From Octopus bimaculoides (Eukaryota): a stretch of DNA of 64,000 bases. A program made the translations under genes and the position numbers. Under the pieces are notes generated by a model, which had not been told where the DNA came from, did no database searches, and saw only the letters and a program-made list of their open reading frames with translations. Shown piece after piece: positions 26,052 to 37,380 of the stretch. Positions within the stretch are counted from its first letter, which is position 1. The number at the start of each line of letters is the position of its first letter. The stretch spans positions 15,656,605 through 15,720,604 of the forward strand of contig NC_068984.1 in the NCBI RefSeq assembly GCF_001194135.2. The letters run 5' to 3'.

Positions 26052-26801
26052 ATTTTGTTGTATCTTGGGAGGGTCATTATGCCAATAATAAACACATGCA
26101 CTGATTCTTTTTCAGTTTTTTTAATTAATTATTAGTCCATTTGTTAACATTTATCCAATTAACCAATCAATTGTTTAATTGTTCAGTCTGTCATTGAATC
26201 AGTCTGTTAGGTTTGTCAAAATACTTTCACCATTCACAACCACATCAATGACATGCCCTCTTTACTCCATGTCTGCCAGGGGCATGTCATTGATAAGGTC
26301 GCAAATGGAGACAAAAGGACTTTGACAAGCCTGAGTGATTGATTGACTGAGTGATTAATCAATTAATAAATTAGTTAATTGATTAATTAGAATTAACTAA
26401 TAATATGCACAGGTATGGCTGTGGTAAGAAGCTTGCTTCCCAATCACATGGTTCCAGGTTCACTCCCACTGTGTGGCACCTTGGGCAAGTGTCTTCTACT
26501 ATAGCCTTGGGCCAACCAAAGCCACATGAGTGGATTTGGTAGTTGGAAACTGAAAGAAGCCCATTGCACATATGTGTGTGTGTCTTTGTGTTTGCGTTTA
26601 TGTCCCTGTAACTTAACTGTTCAACAAAAGAGACTGATAGAATAAATACTAGGCTTTAAATTCTTCAAGGCAATGCTTCAACATGGTCACTGTTTAATGA
26701 CTGCAACAAGTAAAAAAAATAATAGATAATAGTACAAGAAGTGAAATAGAACCAGTGTGTGTTTCTTATTGGCATAATGACCCTCCCAAGATACAACGAA
26801 A
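26052..26801. repeat. Long foldback (~430 bp excluding an inserted SINE)
   Basis: Perfect 32-bp IR 26057-26088/26766-26797; 15-bp core IR 26244-26258/26280-26294; symmetric imperfect pairing between them. Confidence 0.85.
26405..26720 (+). mobile_element. tRNA-derived SINE inserted in the right arm of the foldback
   Basis: gcacaggtatggctgtggtaagaagcttgc...gactgcaacaagtaaaa. Confidence 0.85.
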
Positions 26802-27059
26802 TGTTTCAACACACAGGTTTACTTAAAAACTCTTGCAAACGAAATACAAAAATGAAGTAATCCAACTATTTTGAGACATACCCAACTTAAATTTAAATCA
26901 GAAAGAAAGTGTGTCATTCATTTTATTTTATGCACTGAATTGTAGAATCTTGCTAACAATAAATTAATATTTTATCCAGTGCAAGCATACTTGTTGACAT
27001 GGCAATCATATTTGTGTTAGCATATCATGTAACTAAAGTAATCTTATTTGTAATTAGTT

Positions 27060-27150
27060 CTATACTGAATATATTGTCATTAGCTCCGTTGCATCTCTGG
27101 ATCTTTGGATTTTCTTGTATGTGGCCTTCAAGGCTTTCCTTGACGTGTAA
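27060..27150 (-). CDS. Candidate exon (terminal, or ending at a gtatag donor at 27065), unknown gene
   Basis: Strong acceptor ctttgtttttcttttacaaaccctag; the phase-2 frame reads YTSRKALKATYKKIQRSRDATELMTIYSV*. Confidence 0.2.
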
Positions 27151-27439
27151 CTAGGGTTTGTAAAAGAAAAACAAAGATTTTTAATGCCACAATATTTAGA
27201 CATTGCTAATGAAGAGTATCAGCTATCTTAACTCTTATATGTTAGAAAGGGAGAACTTGAGTCACTCATCCTACTAGAAATAGTAACTCGTGGGTATCAT
27301 CTTAGACAAAGAAAGGACACATTGCATAATGTAATCGTGTATACATTATGTCTCAAAATAAGATGGATTGTCATGATTGGAATGCTGTTGATAAGTCAGC
27401 TTGTTCAGAGCAGGGGTTAAACAACTATAACCACTTACT

Positions 27440-27642
27440 CTTTTACTCGTTTCAGTCATTTGACTGCAGCCATGCTGGAGCACCACCTTTAGTCAAACAA
27501 ATCGCTCCCAGGACTTATTCTTTGTCAGCCTAGTACTTATTCTATCAGTCTCTTTTTGCCGAACCGCTACATTACGGGGACATAAACATACCAGCTCGGT
27601 TGTCAAGCGATGATGTGGGGTGGGGGGAACACAAGCACACAT

Positions 27643-27686
<44 letters not shown>

Positions 27687-27850
27687 GATGAGCTTCTTTC
27701 AGTTTCTGTCTACCAAATCCACTCACAAGGCTTTGGTTGGCCCGAGGCTATAGTAGAAGACACTTGCCTAAGGTGCCACGCAGTGGGACTGAACCTGGAA
27801 CCATGTGGTTGGTAAGCAAGCTACTTACCACACAGCCACTCCTGCGCCTA
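27440..27850 (-). mobile_element. Full-length tRNA-derived SINE with internal (TA)n
   Basis: tactcttttactcgtttcagtc...cacacagccactcctgcgcct. Confidence 0.92.
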
Positions 27851-28374
27851 TGTAAATAAAAAAATCGCAATGTCATTTGTCCACCACAAAAAGCATGTTT
27901 TGAGCTTCTTGACATGTCTCAGCATGTTACACATATTTTGCAAACCTAAGGCTCATTCACCAGTGTCATTTGTTTCCAGTTCTTCACGTAAACATGACTG
28001 GGCTGTTTTTGGCTTGATAGACTGGGGCATTATAACCTCACTTGGAGACAAGTGGGAGTAGTCAACGAGAAAGATATCCAACTGTTGTAAAACTCTGCTC
28101 TAACATACACTCATCTGAGCCATGCTAGCATGGAAAAGTAGACATTAAAACAATGATAATGATGATACTAATGAGGATGGTAATAAGTCTAGTTTATTAA
28201 AATAAATAAATAAATAAATTATTAGTCGGTGCCCCAGCATGGCCACAGCTCATGAGCTGAAACTAGATAAAATTTTAAAAAAATGCAAAACAACTGATTA
28301 ATTAATAAGACTGAATCAGCAAAGAAAAATATTAATAGGGTTCATCCCTTTCTTTATTCAGATGAATACGGTAA

Positions 28375-28690
28375 AAGCATGTGGCTCAATTGTTAGGGTA
28401 TTTAACTCACAATCATAAGGTTGTGAGTTTGATTCCTGGTGGTGTGTTGTAACCTTGAGCAAGATATTTTATTTCTTGTTGCTCCAGTCCACTCAGCTGG
28501 CAAAAATGAGTAGTACCTGTATTTCAAAGGGCCAGCCTTGTCTATTCTGTGTGATGCTGAATCTCTTTGAGAACTATGTTAAGGGCATGTATGTCTGTGG
28601 AGTGCTCAGCCACTTTCATATTAATTTCATGAGCAGGTTGTTCCATTAATTGGATCAACTGGAATGCTTGTTGTAATTGACAGAGTGACA
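28375..28690 (+). mobile_element. Third SINE family (Ceph-SINE-like), decayed
   Basis: Homologous to 32588-33175 (cagccttgtc...gtctgtggagtgctcagccact...aatttcatgagcagg). Further copies at 60910-61235 and 57135-57275. Confidence 0.7.
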
Positions 28691-28799
28691 GTTATTCAGA
28701 TGATTAATTCAAAGCTGGCTTTTTTTGTTTATTTGGTTCTAAAAGGACCTATCAGTTACCATAAATGATAACTTCTAGAATGTGAGAAAACAAACAAAC

Positions 28800-28907
28800 C
28801 TTGAATCGAACATCTGTTCAATATTTGTATCCGTATTTTGAAATAGATAATGAAGTTTATCATCAAATGTAAACCTGTTTCTCAAATAAACAACTGATGT
28901 GTGATTT
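28800..28907 (-). CDS. Candidate 108-nt internal exon (phase 2-2), unknown gene
   Basis: Acceptor aaattttgcag, donor aag|gtttgt; the single open frame is NHTSVVYLRNRFTFDDKLHYLFQNTDTNIEQMFDS. Confidence 0.3.
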
Positions 28908-29060
28908 CTGCAAAATTTGTTTTGAATACAAAGCTTTTGGTTATGCTCAGAATCAATTAAAGAACAAGCTGATGATATCTAAACAAAATACTTTGCATTA
29001 ATGTCTTTGATACCAATGTGCTTAAGACTGCCCCTGGTTCTGTTACAGTCTCCCTGTTTT

Positions 29061-29282
29061 AGCCTTTTAGCTTTCAGATTATTCTGTCAAATGTTATACT
29101 TTTTGCATTCAAGTTGTCTTTAATTAACCGTGCATTATTTTGTAGCTTTGAAATTTTGATGATATGATTATTTTATAATAGCATTGAAGGGTAGGTGTGA
29201 TAGGCTAGATCTGGCTGGTTAGAACATAAAACAGGTAGCATATTTTGGCTGGATATGGTCGGTTTAAATGCTAAAGGGTTAA
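29061..29282. mobile_element. piggyBac-type MITE
   Basis: Ends ttagccttttagc / aatgctaaagggttaa; same family as 58165-58360. Confidence 0.7.
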
Positions 29283-30512
29283 GTTATCTAAATTAAAATC
29301 TTCCAACAAAATATATAAATTTGTGATCTAAACACCAACTTAATAACGAATTACTTGACTAAACACTTCATTTGTTTCAAAAGTAATTAAAACAAAGGCA
29401 ATGCATTTCAACAAATATGGTAACAAAAAGGTTCTTTATCCAACTGAACCTGTTTATTTATAGAGGATAAAAAATTCAATCATATCTTCCTAGCAGTTTC
29501 CTATTTTGTTGAAATGTATGGTCTTGCATATGAATGCATTTTGTTCTACAAGTGAATATGTGTAATTTATTTATAACAAAAAAAGAAAACGTGGCTGTAC
29601 ATGCAATCCATTTCATGCTTAGCTTATTTATTCCTGTTTTGTGTTAGACGAAGTATGTTAAGCTGAACTTTGTGGCATATATAAAAGCTATGTAGCTTGA
29701 TTTTTTTGATTTTTTATTTTGTTATATCTTTTTCTTAGATATCTTATAATCACGCATTTGTATTATAATCGTGTGTTTGTATACAATGGCTGAAATTTAG
29801 TTAATTCATATGAAAATTGTGTTAGAAAAGCCCAGCAACATCAGAATAGTATGCAAGAAGGTCGAGACAGGAATGAGGTGTAGCTGTGTACAGAAATTGA
29901 TAGGGAATTAAAACTGGGTGTACCAGATGTGTTGGCACGGCTAGTAACACACACAAAAACTGGTACACATGTCTAAAAACTAGTAGACTGCTATCTCTGT
30001 GACATGATTTGCTGCACCGAAGATAGACTTAAAGATAGCAGAGTAGTTAGAATGAGTGAAGATAGCCGCTTCTAGAACTATTGTTTGTGAAATTTTTCAA
30101 CTCGTGTAAAGAGGGAATTATATGAGGCAAGTGTCACACAGATGTAATACTGTATGAAATGTTTGAGATGAGTTCTTGTTGATGTGATTCTAATTTTTCA
30201 GATGTTAACCTCATCTTGAGAGATAAAACATTTCTTTTTAAATATTTACATCTGCACCTATATTTTCAAGAACCTGTATTTTCCTGATGTGAATTGTGTT
30301 AGTCTTTTTAAATGTTGCCCTGTCAGACTGTGTGGTGGATTAGGATTTGCAGTGAAAGATATAGATTAATTGTTAACAGTAGAAAGGAGAGGTCAGTTGT
30401 TGTGGGGAGCGAGAATCTTGCCCTTAATCTGATAGGAAGAAAGAGAAAGACTTTTGCAGGGTAAATGATAAAATTAAATTGAAGAAGTGATGTGGAGAAT
30501 GAAGTGAGAAAG

Positions 30513-30513
30513 C

Positions 30514-30558
<45 letters not shown>

Positions 30559-30568
30559 NNNNNNNNNN

Positions 30569-30606
<38 letters not shown>
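30513..30606. repeat. (GA)n microsatellite spanning a gap
   Basis: Seen directly. Confidence 0.95.
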
Positions 30607-30611
<5 letters not shown>

Positions 30612-31073
30612 AAAAGAAGGACACAGACAGACAGATTGTGTGTGCAAAGGAGTCAGAAATATGTGATAAATGAAGATAGAAAAAACTGGTAATGACTGCT
30701 CTGGAGCAGACATGTAATGTGAATGAATAATGCATTTTCATCATTATCTGCTGTTTTTTATGCCTTAAAAATTTTTTTTTTTAACTGTTCATTGGAAACA
30801 GCTCTGTTATCTTATTACTTGTTGCAGTCAGTGTCTTCTGGAATATACAGCAACCAGTCAACATTTTTGTTATGTATGTTTTACAGTGTTGACTGGGTGC
30901 ATTTTATTGAACCACTGGTTCTAGAGAGGTTATTCCATGCAAATGGACTAACAGTTCTTATTTGGTAATGAGTAGTGAAGAAAGAATGTGGCTTATTAAG
31001 TACATGTCAACCTCTTATACATTCCATCCTTATGGTACAGTTTCTATGGCTGAACGTTCTTCCTATCAATAAC

Positions 31074-31905
31074 TACTTATATACACTTGAATAATAGTCG
31101 ATCTCATGTAAAAGTCGGCCCCCTATTTTGGGGCGAAAAATTGGGTATTTTCCATAGACCCTGTATAAAAGTCGACCCTAGTATTTCATGCACAACAAGA
31201 CATTTGTAGGTCATGGTACTGTTTTATCCTGTACGTAGAAATAACACTGTTACAAAATTGTGTGGCTACCTTACAGCTACAAAGAAGAAAACGTTTTCAG
31301 TGGAGACTGTTGGTGGTGGAAAGTGTTGTTCTGCTTCTGCTTTTTTATCAATTTTGGCATTTAAAAAATTAAGTTGCATTTAATTAATTAGAAATAAAAA
31401 TACACCACTAATATACTCTGCCATAATACACTTGGGATGAGTGTGACTTTAACCACAAATATGAAAATAGTGTAATATCATTGAAGAGTTATGATGTGAA
31501 AGATGCCGAGTTGGTATCAGCTGTATACTCCGTATTACGGTAGATAATGGCATGCTGGTACCAGGTATATATGTTTCCAGTGGTAATATAACATAATTAT
31601 GAGATATAAATTGATTCCACTTAGCTAGTCTGTTAAGAGAAAGAATGAATATTTATAAGAGCTATGCGGTCTGGTTTATGAGTTCTGTTATTTACTAGGA
31701 CATTTTTTTTTATGCATAGAATTGGTAATATTACTGTAATTCATTCTGTTTTTGTTTTTATTTGTTTAGAGATCAGTTGGACTTCGGATTCTAATTTGGA
31801 TGTTCATCCCCTCAGAAGTAGTACCCATGTAATAGTCAATCCTATAAATTTGACCTTAAAGAAAAGGGTCTAAAAAATTGGACTTTTACATGAGTGTATA
31901 CGGTA
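31074..31905. mobile_element. pogo/Tigger-derived non-autonomous DNA transposon
   Basis: Right end gacttttacatgagtgtatacggta; left end tatacacttgaataatagtcgatctcatgtaaaagtcg with repeated aaaagtcgacc motifs. Confidence 0.7.
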
Positions 31906-32587
31906 CTTTAAAAAGTGTACTGGGTGCTTTTTAACCATGTTACTGCACTAGAAATATTGTACTATATAGGAGAACTAAAGAATTCCCTCTAGTATGTGTC
32001 AGTTCTTATTCAGCATTACTGCCTACATTGAAGCTTGTGACTTCCAGTCATTACTTACAGCTGCATACACTTATTCGACAACACTGTTATTCTGGAAAAG
32101 TTCTAGTTATGTGTGTTGCATGGAGACCTAAGGCAATAAGGATAAAGCATGCCCCATTAATGAGATAAAATAGGTTTATAGTGCAGCTGGAAATGAAGCT
32201 CCATTATGTAAGTAGGGGAGAAAGTTTAGCTGCTAAATGAGCTTATGCTGTACTGTTGGCAGCTAGGTGTGTTTCCCGTTGCCAGATTCTATATACTAGG
32301 GTAATGCATTATTTCTTTCCCAAGAAATAAAGGGAAAGTGATTAAAAACAACGTGGAGAAGGTCTACAGAAACAGAAACACTGGCAGGTGGCTACTCTTG
32401 CAGATAACTGCAATCTATTACTAAAGATAGAGAGAGAAAGAGATCTCTTGTTGGCATCCTATTCTCCACATGGAGTTAAAGGAAGACAGTGTCATAGCTG
32501 CTCACCTTTGCATGACTATCCAGAGTTGTTGAGAGCATTGGGTTTCACAGATAGAATGATGGAGAGAGGCTATATTTCTGACATGTG

Positions 32588-33175
32588 GAGGCGCAATGGC
32601 CCAGTGGTTAGGGCAGCGAACTCGCGGTCATAGGATCGCGGTTTCGATTCCCAGACTGGGCGTTGTGAGTGTTTATTGAGCGAAAACACCTAAAAGCTCC
32701 ACAAGGCTCCGGCAGGGGATGGTGGCGAACCCTGCTGTACTCTTCCACCACAACTTTCTCTCACTCTTACTTCCTGTTTCTGTTGTGCCTGTAATGCAAA
32801 AGGGTCAGCCTTGTCACACTGTGTCACACTGAATATCCCCGAGGACTACGTTGAGGGTANNNNNNNNNNGAGTGTTTATTGAGCGAAAACACCTAAAAGC
32901 TCCACAAGGCTCCGGCAGGGGATGGTGGCGAACCCTGCTGTACTCTTCCACCACAACTTTCTCTCACTCTTACTTCCTGTTTCTGTTGTGCCTGTAATGC
33001 AAAAGGGTCAGCCTTGTCACACTGTGTCACACTGAATATCCCCGAGGACTACGTTGAGGGTACACGTGTCTGTGGAATGCTCAGCCACTTGCACGTTAAT
33101 TTCACGAGCAGGCTGTTCCGTTGATCGGATCAATGGGAACCCTCGACGTAAGCGACGGAGTGCCAACAACAACAA
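32588..33175 (+). mobile_element. Young tRNA-derived SINE (Ceph-SINE-like) with (CAA)n tail; ~190 bp duplicated across a 10-N gap
   Basis: A/B-box-like head tggcccagtggttagg...ggtttcgattccc; CpGs intact; 32869-33059 repeats 32667-32859. Confidence 0.85.
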
Positions 33176-33761
33176 ATATTTCTGACATAGCCAACACATT
33201 CTAACAGAGTGGGTGATTGAATTTATTATGATATTCTTCTTGATTTTTATGTCATTGATTCTTTAATGGATGGAAAGTTTGCCAGATATGGATTGAATAT
33301 TACATTCATGCCGAACTACCAAACTGAATATCAACAACAGTTAGTTTAGTTTAGTTTTCTATCCTTTCAGTCATCAGAATTTGCTTTATAATAAAAATTT
33401 TTCTTGGGCACAAGGTGAATTTTCTCAAGTGCATATGTTGGTGGGATGTGGTAACCATTTACTTCGATTCCAGCACTATCCTCATTTATCACAGGGTTTT
33501 GGTTCCAAAAATTCACTATGATAAGTCAATCAATTATAAATGAACCATCTCCATGCACTTTGTAAATGGTATGAATGGTAGATTCATTGACACCAAACTT
33601 GCAACCTACAGAAATGAAACTTTCACCACCATGCATTTTCTTGATCATCTTTTCTCTTTTTTTGTTGTTTAGAATATACCTATCTGCATTGTTTGTTTAT
33701 ATTTTTTCTCTTCACTGGTCCCATGTTAATGGGTACATAAATCTGTATACAAAGTACACAG

Positions 33762-33923
33762 GGCGTAGGAGTGGCTGTGTGGTCAGTAGCTTGCTTATAA
33801 ACCACATGGTTCTGGGTTCAGTCCCACTATGTGGCACCTTGGGCAAGTGTCTTCTTCTATAGCCTCGGGCCGACCAAAGCCTTGTGAGTGGATTTGGTAG
33901 ACGGAAACTGAAAGAAGCCCGTC

Positions 33924-33983
<60 letters not shown>

Positions 33984-34170
33984 GTGTGTGTGTATATGTT
34001 TGTGTGTCTGTGTCTGTCACCCCAGCATCGCTTGACAACCGATGCTGGTGTGTTTACGTCCCCGTAACTTAGTGGTTCGGCAAAAGAGGCCAATAGAATA
34101 AGTACTAGGCTTACAAAGAATAAGTCCTGGGGTCGATTTGCTTGACTAAAGGCAGTGCTCCAGCATGGTC
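33762..34170 (+). mobile_element. Full-length tRNA-derived SINE with internal (TA)n
   Basis: ggcgtaggagtggctgtgtggtcagtagcttgc...gtgctccagcatggtc. Confidence 0.92.
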
Positions 34171-35212
34171 ATGTGAGCATAAGCAATAATCAGTGAATTC
34201 TGGGTGGTTGAGCATTGCAGGTAGCCATTGAGGTATGTTTTTGTGGTACAAGCAGAATCTGTGTTTGCTAACTTGTGTTATCATTCTGTGATAAGCATAA
34301 CATGGTTCACAACCGAGCATCCTGAATCAGTGATAAATGAGGCTACATGTTCTTAGTTTGTCAACTTTTAAGATGTTGACACTAAGAAAGGGCAGTGTGA
34401 CCATCTCACCTGTCACTTTTAATTAATTCAGGGCCAATATTTGTAGGGAAGATAATAGTTGATTGAATTAAGATCAATAAGTGATTGACATTGCTTACAT
34501 CAACCATGTACACATACACAGGTGAAAATCAAGCTTTTCTCAGCCAGATTTGAACTCAGAACAATAAGACCATCTCACGGAAACATCTAGTCTGATACCC
34601 TCTCATCTCAACCATATTCTGCTTCTTGTAAACTACAACAATCTCTAGTGTTTTTCTTTTTTTAATTTTCGAATGTCTGTGCAGTATGTATGTGCTTTGA
34701 CTTCACCATTGGACACAACACTCCTTTGACTGTCAATAAGTTTTGCAGTGTTTTATAGTATGGACGAAGAGGAAGATGTCAAATTGGTTTTGATGGTTCA
34801 TATGTTATTGTTTAACCCTAGGTTAACCATGATTGAGCAAACCTATGGTCCAGGGTATTCAAGTTATGATCATCCTGTCTTTTTAGAAGTATCCAGTGTC
34901 TTTGTTTAAAACTGAGGTTCGATATGTGGAAGATGTGGCTGCTATTTCTAGCAGGACACGTGATCGTATAATGGCACCTTCGTAGACTCATTCATGTTAT
35001 CGTTTGCACTGGAAGAAGGTTGAGTTATTTGAAGGTGAAATATACTGTCACTTGACCTGTGAGAAATAGATACTAAATCACACTGTTTTATTAAAAAAAA
35101 CATGAATCATACATTGTATAATATAGTCCTAGATAACAGAACGTCTGGACTGCATTTCAGTATGAATCACCTTGATTCAAGGTTGCACTGAATATAAATA
35201 TATATATTTGTA

Positions 35213-35555
35213 TCATCTTTTACGTGTTTCAATCGTTTGACTGCGGCCATACTGGAGCACTGCTTTGAAGGGTTTTCGTTGAACAAATCGACCTAGGACT
35301 TATTTTTTTAAAGCCTAGTACTCATTCTATCGGTCTGTTTTGCTGAACTACGAAGTTGCGGGGGTCGTAAACACATCAACACTAATTGTGGGGGACAACC
35401 ACAAAACTATATAAATACGACGGGCTTTTTTCAGTTTCTGTCTACCAAATCCACTCACAAGACTTTCGTTGGCCTGAGGATATGGTAGAAGACACTTGCC
35501 CAAGGTGCCACGTTGTGGGACTGAACCCGGAAGCAAGCTTCTTACCACACAGCCA
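35213..35555 (-). mobile_element. tRNA-derived SINE
   Basis: Reverse complement of the 33762 family. Confidence 0.85.
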
Positions 35556-35660
35556 CACCATTATATATATAAATGTACGTATATACGTATGTATGCAACA
35601 TGGTTTTTACATCCACTTTTTCATGCTGACTTGAATTAGCTGAGAATTTTTACAGTAGTA

Positions 35661-36843
35661 CTAGCAATGCACCCCGGCATTGCCCGACTGTTTTTACCTA
35701 CAACCACATTGTATTTGTTCTTTTCTTATGGGCAGAATCGGCACATGAGAAGTTTCAAGCAAGCAACTCTTCTTTATAAACATGTTTTTCGGTCATTTTC
35801 TGATGAACAATGCTGAAATTTTTGACACCAAAAACATGTACAATGGCAGTTTAGATTAGAAAGAAATCCTAACATTGCCACCAAAATGACCTCAAAATAG
35901 TGCGACCCAGCCTCGTTTTTGTGTTAATTTTTGTAGTAAAATAGGGTTGCTGTGCTAAAAAATTACTTTACGCTGGTAGCCGAAATATTGCTCAATCTTT
36001 TGATATCTCATACATCAATATTGGCAACTCAGTTTCATGGCTACGAATCGGGTAATGTAGAAGCTGAAATAGTTCTTACCCGTCCCATAATATTTGTTGA
36101 TAACTGTGAACAACACGCATATACATTAGATTCCCCAATGAAAAGGCCATGTTCAAAAGTATTAGGATTTTCTGCAAGGATATTTGGTATCAGTTTACAT
36201 CAATGTTGAAGCTAACAGAATATTAAAAAAAAAAGACTTTTGAGTTGTATGTATATGTATATATATATATAAGGATATGACTAAACAGGGTTAGTGATGC
36301 GGGCAGTTTGGCATAAATGTATAGGGATGCTGTGCTTCTTGAAAATAAATGGGTTATGCTCGTGTGCAGAGTGGAGCAGTAGTAATGGAGCGATGTATGG
36401 CTTCATGGCTGATGAATGGTGAAAGCCTAAGAAATAAGTTAAGTATATTAATAAGTTGCACGAGAAAAGGACTTTGTTTTGCTTTTGAGAGCATACATGC
36501 AAAAGTAAGCAATCAAGACTTAGGGATGTAAAGAAATTGATGCCGAATGAGGACGTAGAGGTATCCATATTGCAGAAGGTAAGGTACATGGAAAGAAAGC
36601 TGCTTCATTGTGAAAAGCGCTATCTCTAATGTTTGGGCAGACTGCACACTTCAGCAAATGTTCAGTGGGACAACCCGACCTTGTGTCCAAGTTTATTTTT
36701 GAAGTAAAAAAGAGTTGTGCAAACAAAACCCCCTTTATTTACTGAATCTTTTGATACCTCATACGTCAAAATCGGCAACTCTGTTTTCGAATCCATAAGG
36801 AACATACGCACCACACACAGACACACAAACTCTGTTTTATAGA
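35661..36843 (-). mobile_element. Non-autonomous Helitron
   Basis: The minus strand starts TC (tctataaaacagag) and ends with hairpin cgggcaatgccgggg plus CTAG; inserted between A and T with no TSD. Confidence 0.75.
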
Positions 36844-37174
36844 TTATATGGTCCAGGCCATTTTTTATTCGTACGTCAACTTTACTTCAACTTCGTGTAT
36901 GCAAACGAGTTTATTTCGACAAGTATCTCTTGAGATCCTGCTGATGATGTGAATACATGTGTGCATTTTTCTTTACATATTTTTGTCTCAGGAAAACGTA
37001 ATTGTGTGCAAAGTTACGAAAAAAGAAGTATTGCATTTTAATATGTATGCTTTGATTGATATTTCAGTCGATTTCGTTTACGTTATATATTTCATATATT
37101 ATCAATTTGACCCTTTTCGTTGACTTTGCATTAAAATGCAAGACAAAATATGTTTTGTGAATGAATTTGGAAGA

Positions 37175-37380
37175 CGGAAACTCGTTTATCCCCCACCACC
37201 GCTTGACAACTAGTGTCGGTTTGTTTACGTCCCCGTAACATAGCGGTTCGGCCCAAAGAAACCGATGGTATAAGTACCAGACTTATAAAGACAGTATGGG
37301 GTCGATTTGTTCGACTAAACCTTTCAAGGCGACGCCCCAACATGGCCGTAGTCCAATGACTGGAACAAGTAAAAGATAAG
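37175..37380 (+). mobile_element. SINE 3' half, diverged but CpG-retaining
   Basis: accgcttgacaactagtgtcggtttgtttacgtccccgtaac...gaacaagtaaaagataag. Confidence 0.8.

Noticed and set aside
30850-30900. Hairpin ccagtcaaca/tgttgactgg as a pre-miRNA
   Set aside because: Only about 14 bp of stem with a large loop, and no match to conserved miRNAs I recall.
32588-32660. tRNA-like heads (also 44985-45015, 56930-56960 and 57170-57195)
   Set aside because: They have A/B boxes but no complete cloverleaf and continue into SINE bodies; not tRNA genes.
32667-33059. Perfect ~190-bp tandem duplication inside a SINE
   Set aside because: Identical copies directly flank a 10-N gap, typical of a scaffolding overlap artefact.
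33500-33650. Strong minus-strand acceptor with CKFGVNESTIHTIYK
   Set aside because: It resembles the Tigger/pogo HTH (GVNEST) motif, so it is more likely a transposon remnant than a host exon.
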